Origin: Spirochaetia bacterium
GTDB taxonomy: Bacteria; Spirochaetota; Spirochaetia; UBA9216
Direction: 5' to 3'
Assembly (NCBI GenBank): GCA_963677925.2
Contig: CAXXYH010000003.1
Span: 1,088,001 to 1,152,000 of the forward strand
Length of the DNA stretch: 64,000 bases
The notes under the pieces were generated by a model. That model searched no databases. It was not told the DNA's origin and saw nothing but the letters and a program-made list of their open reading frames with translations. Positions 57,175 to 64,000 of this stretch are shown here, in pieces (the first letter of the stretch is position 1; each line of letters begins with the position of its first letter). The translations under genes and the position numbers were made by a program.

Positions 57175-58740
57175 GTGAATACAGTATTTATTATAAAAAC
57201 TTCTACGCTTTTAGCTTCTCTGCTATCAGCGGCTCTTTATATATACGTATTCAGACAGCGCAAACTGTCAAAACCGCTGTGGTATTATGCAGGTTTGATG
57301 CTTGCTAATACGGTTTATGCAACTTCATATTTTATCGAACTTCATATTCCTAATCTTAACGGTGCAATATTATGCCTTAATTTTGAATATTTAGGTTTGT
57401 CATTCGTTCCTTCGTTCTGGGTCCTGATTGCATGGTCTTATAACAACCGGGGAACCAGTACTATAGGCATAGGAAATATTTGGAGAAAAATCATTCTTAT
57501 TATTCCGGCAGTAATTGTTATCCTGGTATGGACAAACCCGCTGCACCATCTGGTTTACACTGATATTTCGCTGACATCCGGTTTACCCCTTACGGTATTG
57601 CAGACAGAAAGAGCTCACTTTTTCTGGCTTATAAATGCTGTACTGACAATCCTGCATGTTCTCGGAACCGGCAGGCTGATATACAGCCTCATCAGCTTCA
57701 AAGGCAGATTCAAAATACAGTTCAGCCTTATGATCTCGGCAACGATCCTCCCGACTATTGCACATATTCTTCTTTTACTAAAAAAAGTTCCATACAACAT
57801 GGACCTTGTTCCTTCTGCATTCGGAATTTCAGGACTGCTTCTGTTCTGGGGAATGATTAAAATGCAGCTTTTTGACCTGCTGCCTATCGCAAGAAATATG
57901 GTACTTGAAGCTATTGATGATGCTGTTTTAATTGTCGATTTAAAATACCGGCTGGTTGAATGCAACAAGTCTGCAAAAAAACACCTTGCAAAAACAAAAT
58001 ATAAAGATCCTGAGAAGGTTATGGAATGGACCAACCTTGAGCTTTGGCAGAAACTTCTGAGAGTTGAAGATTCTGCAGAAATACAGCTCACAGTCGACAG
58101 CTGTATTCATTTTTTCAAAGTTTCAAGATCTTCAATTTCACATGGTGTTTACGGCACATTGGGCTACCTCTACATCATGCATGATATTACAGAGATTAAA
58201 TCATATGTCGAAAAGCTGGAAACCCTTGCCTCGGTAGACAGCCTTACAGGTCTTTTCAACCGCAGGCATTTTATGCAGCTTGCAAAGCTTGAAGTTTCCA
58301 GAGTTGACAGATACGACGGATTTTTTTCTATGATCATTTTCGATCTCGATCATTTTAAAAAGGTCAATGATAAATTCGGGCATAGCGCCGGAGACGAAGC
58401 CCTGCAGATGGTGGGCCGTCTGGTCATGGAGAATACAAGAGCCGGAGACCTGTATGCAAGATATGGAGGAGAAGAATTCGTCCTGCTTTACCGTGAGACA
58501 ACACCGGAACAGGCGGAGATGTCTGTTGAAAGACTGAGGCTGGCCATTGAGACTGCACAGGTTTATCATAATGAAAAAAGGATTCCGGTTACTGCAAGTT
58601 TCGGAATCAGTCACTATAAGCCCGGAACCGGGATGACTCTTGAAAAATGCCTTAATAACGCTGACACAGCAATGTACGAAGCCAAACGCCTCGGCCGTAA
58701 CAGAATATGCCATTTTGATCCGCTTACAACAGTGAAATAA
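57175..58740 (+). CDS. Diguanylate cyclase (7TM N-domain, PAS, GGDEF)
   Basis: WTNPLHHL 7TM signature; DSLTGLFNRR, DLDHFKKVND..GH, RAGD I-site, RYGGEEF. Confidence 0.94.
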   Translation: MNTVFIIKTSTLLASLLSAALYIYVFRQRKLSKPLWYYAGLMLANTVYATSYFIELHIPNLNGAILCLNFEYLGLSFVPSFWVLIAWSYNNRGTSTIGIGNIWRKIILIIPAVIVILVWTNPLHHLVYTDISLTSGLPLTVLQTERAHFFWLINAVLTILHVLGTGRLIYSLISFKGRFKIQFSLMISATILPTIAHILLLLKKVPYNMDLVPSAFGISGLLLFWGMIKMQLFDLLPIARNMVLEAIDDAVLIVDLKYRLVECNKSAKKHLAKTKYKDPEKVMEWTNLELWQKLLRVEDSAEIQLTVDSCIHFFKVSRSSISHGVYGTLGYLYIMHDITEIKSYVEKLETLASVDSLTGLFNRRHFMQLAKLEVSRVDRYDGFFSMIIFDLDHFKKVNDKFGHSAGDEALQMVGRLVMENTRAGDLYARYGGEEFVLLYRETTPEQAEMSVERLRLAIETAQVYHNEKRIPVTASFGISHYKPGTGMTLEKCLNNADTAMYEAKRLGRNRICHFDPLTTVK

Positions 58741-58743
58741 GGC

Positions 58744-59619
58744 TCAGTGGATTTTCTGCTCCAGCCAGACCTTTGTAACCGCCCCGCTTCTGATTGTATC
58801 TATTATACCGTCATCCCTTATAATTACTGTAGTAGGAATAGAACTTATATCGAAGGCCAATGCGGCCTCTCCTGTCCGATCAAAATAAACAGGAAAGGGC
58901 ATTTTTTCATCTTCAAGGTAGCTCTCCAGAGCCTCACGATTCTGTTCACTTGTTGTTAAATTAACAGACAGAAATAGAACATCCCCGTTTTTATTTTCCG
59001 CATAAAACGCTTTCAATTCAGGCATCTCTGCTCTGCAGGGCGGGCACCAGCTGGCCCAGAAATTCAGGACTATAGTCTTGCCGGCAAAATCTGAAATATT
59101 ATAAAGATCACCGGATTCGCCGCTTATCGAAAAATCCGGAACCAGTGCTCCGGCATTTATTGAGTCTTCCGTACTTTCATTCAATATCCGCTTCCCTGCA
59201 GCTCCGGTGACAAAACCTGTCACTACTATTATCAGGATAAGAATTAATGAATTTAGTTTGAAACTCCTGAGTAAGGGGCTTCTCTCCCCTTTTGCTTTAT
59301 AAAGTTTCCAGAATACATACCCGATAGCAGGTATAATTCCAAGGATAACCCCAGAAAGCCCTCCCGGCAGATATAGAACAGCTACAGGATTGCTGATTAC
59401 AGTTTGAAACTGAAAAACCAGCGGGGATAATTTCCAGACGATTATAAGAATGAATACCGCATTAAAAAGTATCCCGTCAGCTGATTTAAGCTGTTCGGGG
59501 CTTTTCCGATATACCTGCCTGATAACAATGCTGTAAACCAGCCAGGATAGAGCAAGCACTATGAAATAAAGGGGCAGATTCAGCGGCCCCAGAGTAACTA
59601 TTCTGTTAAAAACTTCCAA
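58744..59619 (-). CDS. TlpA/ResA disulfide reductase with N-terminal membrane domain
   Basis: LNFWASWCPPCRAEMP and IPTT; about four N-terminal TMs. Confidence 0.9.
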   Translation of the reverse strand: MEVFNRIVTLGPLNLPLYFIVLALSWLVYSIVIRQVYRKSPEQLKSADGILFNAVFILIIVWKLSPLVFQFQTVISNPVAVLYLPGGLSGVILGIIPAIGYVFWKLYKAKGERSPLLRSFKLNSLILILIIVVTGFVTGAAGKRILNESTEDSINAGALVPDFSISGESGDLYNISDFAGKTIVLNFWASWCPPCRAEMPELKAFYAENKNGDVLFLSVNLTTSEQNREALESYLEDEKMPFPVYFDRTGEAALAFDISSIPTTVIIRDDGIIDTIRSGAVTKVWLEQKIH

Positions 59620-59629
59620 ATATATAACC

Positions 59630-61345
59630 TCACTGCAGGGTTATTATAACAGATCCGTCTCCTGTATTTCCACCGGCGGTATTGGACTGAGATGTACCGC
59701 TGTTGAAGGAACCTCCGCCCCCGCCCCCGTAATAGACACTTAAATAATACTGACCGCCTGTTCCGCCGGAGTATCCGCCGCCTGCACCGCCTCCGCCGCT
59801 TGTATTATGGTTTCCTCCGCCGCCCCCGAAGCCGCCGTATGAATCACCGTCACGTGAAGAACCGCCGGCTGCACCGTTTAGAAATGACAGTCCGGGATAT
59901 CCGGAATTACTCTGCTGGGCGGTTCCGTCACCTATAAATCCTCCGCCGCCTCCGCCGCCGCTTGTATTATCAGTGCTGCCTGAAAGACCTCCGCCGCCTG
60001 CAGTACCTGGAGTCCCGTATCCGCCGCCGTCAAGGGTTCCGTCAGTTCCGGTATCTCCGGCAACACCCAAAGCACTGCCGCTGCCTCCGACACCGCCGCC
60101 GCCGCCTGCAACTATAAGCGGAGTAACCTTGTAGGAGCTGGCTGCTATAGTATATGACGAACCTGAATCAACAAGGGTTACAAAAGATCCTCCGCCGCCC
60201 GCACTTGAAAGAGTCGAAGAGACGGACTGGGAGCCCTGCTGACCGACAAGGATAATAAGCTGTTCGCCTGAGCTCAGGTTGAAGTCACCTATCATAACTG
60301 CACCGTTTGCTCCTGTGTAGCTTGAGTCGTAGTTTTCAGCCCCCTGAGCTCCTCTTGCTTCTATTGTGTATGTTCCGGTTGCAGGAACCGTCCACAGCTG
60401 ATACCCGTCATCAGCCGACGGATTGGTTACCGCACCGTCAAGAGAGGTGCCTGAATATGCTGATGTAAGCATGCTCTGAGTCGGGCCGCTGGCGCCGGCA
60501 GCCCCTGCAGCAGTAAAAGTATAAGTCTGAGGGGCTAACCACTGAGCATACAGGGTGATGTCAGAAGAAACTGAATGCGTATATGATGCCGAATCAAAGT
60601 AGTCTGTACCTGAACCGTCACTCTGAGTATTCCATGCAGAGAAAGCATATCCTGTAAGGCTGAACCCATTCGGGTTCAGATTTACAGTTTCACCATATGA
60701 CACAGACTGTGCTGTCATTACTCCGCCGTCTGAACCATTACCATTGAAATTTATTGAATATGAAGCAGTTCCCCACTGTGCGTACAGAGTCTGTCTTGTC
60801 ATTGACTGTCTGGTATATGATGCTCCGCCTGCGTATGAATCACCGGATCCGTCAGCGGTGGTATTCCAGCCTGTAAAGCTGTAGCCTGATTTTACAAATA
60901 CATTGGACGGCAGACTGATTGTTTCACCTACAGCAACCCGTAGTCCTTCCATACTGCCGCTGTCTGCAAAGTTTCCGTCAAAGAGCAGACTAAGAGTCCA
61001 GTCCATATTAAGAATAATCTCAGTCGTTTCTCCCGCTTCAAGATTTTCGGATGAGGTTCCTATATAAATTGAACTGCCGTCTGAATCAAAAGCTTCCAGA
61101 CTTATTAGACGGCTGTCACCTGCATTTACTTCGGCGGTAATTTCTTCTCCGGGAGCAAAGGACAAAGGAGAGAAGCTCACCCCCTCACCTTCTACAGAAA
61201 GCTTCAGACTTTGCACCGAGGCGGGGACAGTAAGCCCTCTTGAGGATGTTGTGTAAATCTTTATTACAGAGTTCTGGAGGATATCATTATTTAGAGTGCA
61301 GGATATAATTGTCAGTATAATTATAAGTATAAATAATCTTCTCAT
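59630..61345 (-). CDS. Surface lipoprotein with two InlB B-type repeats and an ALK/LTK-like glycine-rich domain
   Basis: Lipobox IISC; GY.F..WNT..DGSG..Y...TLYAQW twice; Q.WTVP.TG.Y.IEA.GA.G...LVGQQG...GGGGSFV...LIVAGGGGG...GGFGGGG...GGGYSGG. Confidence 0.85.
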   Translation of the reverse strand: MRRLFILIIILTIISCTLNNDILQNSVIKIYTTSSRGLTVPASVQSLKLSVEGEGVSFSPLSFAPGEEITAEVNAGDSRLISLEAFDSDGSSIYIGTSSENLEAGETTEIILNMDWTLSLLFDGNFADSGSMEGLRVAVGETISLPSNVFVKSGYSFTGWNTTADGSGDSYAGGASYTRQSMTRQTLYAQWGTASYSINFNGNGSDGGVMTAQSVSYGETVNLNPNGFSLTGYAFSAWNTQSDGSGTDYFDSASYTHSVSSDITLYAQWLAPQTYTFTAAGAAGASGPTQSMLTSAYSGTSLDGAVTNPSADDGYQLWTVPATGTYTIEARGAQGAENYDSSYTGANGAVMIGDFNLSSGEQLIILVGQQGSQSVSSTLSSAGGGGSFVTLVDSGSSYTIAASSYKVTPLIVAGGGGGVGGSGSALGVAGDTGTDGTLDGGGYGTPGTAGGGGLSGSTDNTSGGGGGGGFIGDGTAQQSNSGYPGLSFLNGAAGGSSRDGDSYGGFGGGGGNHNTSGGGGAGGGYSGGTGGQYYLSVYYGGGGGGSFNSGTSQSNTAGGNTGDGSVIITLQ

Positions 61346-61556
61346 TTCCGGCTCCTTGAGAATCCAATAAAATTCATTACATTTTGGAGCTTACTTTGAG
61401 AAATCTATTTTGCAATGGTTTAAGTATAGTAATAGAAAAAACCCGAATCAAGAAAACTGTTATAGATATTTTGCCGGTCTTAATTCATTTTTTACAAATT
61501 TTACTATACATGATAAAATATTGTAAATTTTTATTAAAAAATATAGGGAACTGAAA

Positions 61557-63374
61557 ATGAAGAAAATCATGATAAAGGTTATCCTCTCATGCCTCATATT
61601 CTGTTCTGCGTCCATTCTTGGATTTTCTCAGGACAGCAATGATGAATCATCCGGCAGTCAAACCATCTATTATAATCCATCTTCATCAAATGACGGAGTA
61701 ACCACAAAAGCGGAAATAAGATGGAAGATATACCGGTATATGACAGAAGTCGTTTTCATGCTCAACCTCAGGCTCGAAATGACCGGAAGCGAGGTCTATG
61801 TAGAAGGAAAACAATACAGTAAAAATGAACTGGGAGATGTATGGAAGAAAATAAAAGTACAGGAATCGAGTTTTAGATTAAAGGCTGATCTGGCCGTCAT
61901 GCACGGAAGAGCTCTGGGAACCGGAACCCTGACTCTCTGGCAGGAAGGCACAATGACAGGTCTGGACGGATACTTCGGATTATCCAACAGTGATCTCAGA
62001 GGCCTGTATGACGGTGGCGGCGGAAATCTTGAGCTGAGAAATTTTAAATTAACAGAATTAAGTTTTGAAGGCCTGTATGATGTAAAGCAGTACATACGGC
62101 AGAAAGAAAGAGAAGAGCGGCAGGCTAAAGAACTTGAACAGAAAGCAGAGGCCGCTTATGAAAAGGCATCCAGGCTATACGGAAACCGGGAATGGGAAGC
62201 TTCAATCAAATCATATGAGGAAGCTTTGAAATTGTCTCCCGACCATTATCAGGCCCCTATGGCAAGATTTAACATCTCCCAGGCAGAAATCAGAATCAGG
62301 AATATTCTGGAACAGCAGCAGAAAGCCGACAGTTTATACAGTCAGGCAGAAAGCAGTTTCAGAAGCAGGAACTGGCAGGCTTCAATCAACCTTTACAGAG
62401 AAGCCTTAAATTTTGCTCCCGAACACAGTAAATCTGCAGAGGCACAAAGAAATATTCGAACTGCAGAAGAAGAACTTGTAAAAATAGAAGAAAAGGAAAA
62501 AACAGAAGCCGAAGCTGCTGACAATGCTTTCCGGAGAGCTGATGAATTATACAATGATAAATTCTGGGAAGAGGCTGTCAAAGCATATCAATCGGCCATC
62601 GAAAAGTACCCGGATGATTACCGGACTTCATCAGCAGGGCGCCGAATAAATTATGCAAGACAATACATTGCCAAGGAAGAAGCCGAAGAAAAAGCAAGGA
62701 TAGATGCAGAGAGGGAGCAGGCGGAACGCGAAGAACGGCTGGAAGCGGCCAGAATAGCCCAGCAGAATCAGCTGAATCAGGCCCAGATGGAAGCCAGACA
62801 GCGAGAAGCACTCAGGCGCCAGCTTGCAAGCTCGATTACCGGAGTTATTGATACCTTTGATTTCGGGTACATAGGCTTTTCCGGAGGGCTTATGTTTCGT
62901 GAGGATTATAATGAAGATTATTTTGCCGAATCTGAGTATTCAATTATACCCGGCATCAACATAACCGCCCGTGGAGGTTGGCTTATGAACGACGAGGGCT
63001 CCCTTATAAATATGGGCTTGGGACCCGTAATAGGTGCAGGATACTATTTCGGAGATGAACTTACATATCAGGAAATTTATCCGCAGGAGATGGTCACAGA
63101 AAATGATACACTCATGATCTACCGAGCAGGTTTGACCATGATGGTAATACTGCCGTATATACGCATCGATACTGAATTTTCATACGGATGGGTACTTCCT
63201 TATGAAAGTCTATTCGACGGAGAAGCAATGATCATTTCCGTAATCCTTGGCTTTGGCAATTTTAATATCGGGATGGATCTGATGTTTATGGAATTTGATG
63301 ATGAATATTATGAATATGCGGATGAATATAATTCAGGCACGAGACCTGTAATCACACTTGGATTTGAATTCTAA
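61557..63374 (+). CDS. Secreted TPR/coiled-coil protein with probable C-terminal beta-barrel
   Basis: Signal peptide; three A..LY...W.A.I..Y..A....P repeats; charged coiled coil; beta-strand C-terminus ending TLGFEF. Confidence 0.75.
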   Translation: MKKIMIKVILSCLIFCSASILGFSQDSNDESSGSQTIYYNPSSSNDGVTTKAEIRWKIYRYMTEVVFMLNLRLEMTGSEVYVEGKQYSKNELGDVWKKIKVQESSFRLKADLAVMHGRALGTGTLTLWQEGTMTGLDGYFGLSNSDLRGLYDGGGGNLELRNFKLTELSFEGLYDVKQYIRQKEREERQAKELEQKAEAAYEKASRLYGNREWEASIKSYEEALKLSPDHYQAPMARFNISQAEIRIRNILEQQQKADSLYSQAESSFRSRNWQASINLYREALNFAPEHSKSAEAQRNIRTAEEELVKIEEKEKTEAEAADNAFRRADELYNDKFWEEAVKAYQSAIEKYPDDYRTSSAGRRINYARQYIAKEEAEEKARIDAEREQAEREERLEAARIAQQNQLNQAQMEARQREALRRQLASSITGVIDTFDFGYIGFSGGLMFREDYNEDYFAESEYSIIPGINITARGGWLMNDEGSLINMGLGPVIGAGYYFGDELTYQEIYPQEMVTENDTLMIYRAGLTMMVILPYIRIDTEFSYGWVLPYESLFDGEAMIISVILGFGNFNIGMDLMFMEFDDEYYEYADEYNSGTRPVITLGFEF

Positions 63375-63398
63375 TTAACAGTTAAAAACTGAAAATAT

Positions 63399-63431
63399 AA
63401 AGCCCGAATCATGTTTTATGATCCGGGCTTT
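63399..63431. terminator. Bidirectional terminator between convergent genes
   Basis: AAAGCCCGAATCAT...ATGATCCGGGCTTT. Confidence 0.7.
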
Positions 63432-63466
63432 GGTTTCAAATAAAGTTTTACTGAAAATATTTCTGA

Positions 63467-63838
63467 CTATTTTCTTATTCCAAGGCTTCTTACATAGTGA
63501 ATTCCTGAATCTTTATCAATAGTCATTTCAAGGTTCATATCTGTCGGAGCCTTGACAAATTTATATTTTCTTCCGCTTTCAGCACAGTAAAATTGAATAT
63601 AAATGCCGTCCATATTGGCACCGGCTTTAAAATCCTGGATGGTTTTCCCCTCAAAATCAAAATATACATTTCCGTTAACATCGAGAATTCTAATATTGGT
63701 TGAGCTGAATTCCCACACAGCTCCGTATGTATCATCAATCCATTTCCCAAGCGGAAACTCACCAAGTTCTATACCCTCAGCAAAAAGTCCGCCGCCGATA
63801 AAAAGAAGAATCAGTGTAACAAACAGAATCTTTTTCAT
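63467..63838 (-). CDS. Small secreted hypothetical protein
   Basis: Signal peptide MKKILFVTLILLFIGGGLFA; AGGAG RBS. Confidence 0.8.
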   Translation of the reverse strand: MKKILFVTLILLFIGGGLFAEGIELGEFPLGKWIDDTYGAVWEFSSTNIRILDVNGNVYFDFEGKTIQDFKAGANMDGIYIQFYCAESGRKYKFVKAPTDMNLEMTIDKDSGIHYVRSLGIRK

Positions 63839-63916
63839 ATATACTCCTAAGTTTTGTATATTGTTTCTTTAATATATCATAAATAAGAGACTAAAAGAAT
63901 TCTTTTATTTTATATT

Positions 63917-64000
63917 CTAGCTGATGCGGACAAGGGTTTTCATTCTTGAGGGCTCATCGAAATGTTTTAGAGCCTCCCCAAGCTCTTCAAGGCTGATACT
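63917..64000 (-). CDS. 3' end of a gene entering from the right edge, possibly a Zn-ADH/MDR enzyme
   Basis: SISLEELGEALKHFDEPSRMKTLVRIS* resembles an MDR C-terminus; only 27 residues visible. Confidence 0.45.
   Translation of the reverse strand, partial: SISLEELGEALKHFDEPSRMKTLVRIS

Noticed and set aside
59690-60210. GC-rich CCGCCGCC runs considered as a repeat element or foreign DNA
   Set aside because: Explained by poly-Gly codons of the glycine-rich domain.
572-63872. Many 60-200 aa ORFs overlapping longer genes (e.g. 1264-1779, 12808-13293, 28708-29229, 49177-49773, 58201-58713)
   Set aside because: They lie opposite or out of frame to well-supported genes and show no recognisable motifs.
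1-64000. tRNA, rRNA, riboswitch, transposase, integrase or prophage genes
   Set aside because: None recognised by eye and intergenic spaces are short. A covariance-model search would be needed to exclude small RNAs.

Overview
Gene-dense bacterial chromosomal segment, most likely from a free-living anaerobic spirochaete (inferred from the FAGGxQE-type solute-binding-protein N-termini, membrane-bound AraC regulators and lipoprotein style). I found no rRNA, tRNA, CRISPR array or mobile element. From left to right: (i) 1-11.5 kb, the edge of a bacterial microcompartment (BMC) locus (BMC-Tdp, BMC-H) tied by a shared 18-bp operator to a DeoR-type polyol/ketose-phosphate pathway (SDR, FGGY kinase, 2-hydroxyacid dehydrogenase, EryC-like epimerase, Zn-ADH, sugar ABC transporter); (ii) 11.6-18.7 kb, an AT-rich TRAP/URO-D/TetR/LysR/cupin/DUF169 module; (iii) 18.7-30.5 kb, a seven-gene LacI-linked catabolic operon (OYE-type flavoprotein, SdhA-like flavoprotein, SDR, TAXI-TRAP, UbiD, stand-alone Mo/W-bisPGD enzyme); (iv) 30.5-40.2 kb, an eight-gene envelope operon of unknown function (YD-repeat lipoproteins, beta-rich secreted protein, probable beta-barrel, PrsW-type protease, Ig/beta-helix lipoprotein) opposite a membrane AraC; (v) 40.3-47.4 kb, an AfuABC-like transporter with a two-component system and a second ATPase; (vi) 47.4-64 kb, signalling and surface genes (Popeye-like protein, two kinases, esterase, diguanylate cyclase, TlpA, ALK/LTK glycine-rich lipoprotein, TPR/beta-barrel protein). 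The best candidates for an undescribed system are the BMC-linked polyol pathway, the PrsW-containing envelope operon and the UbiD/Mo-enzyme operon. All family calls come from motifs recognised by eye; no searches were run.
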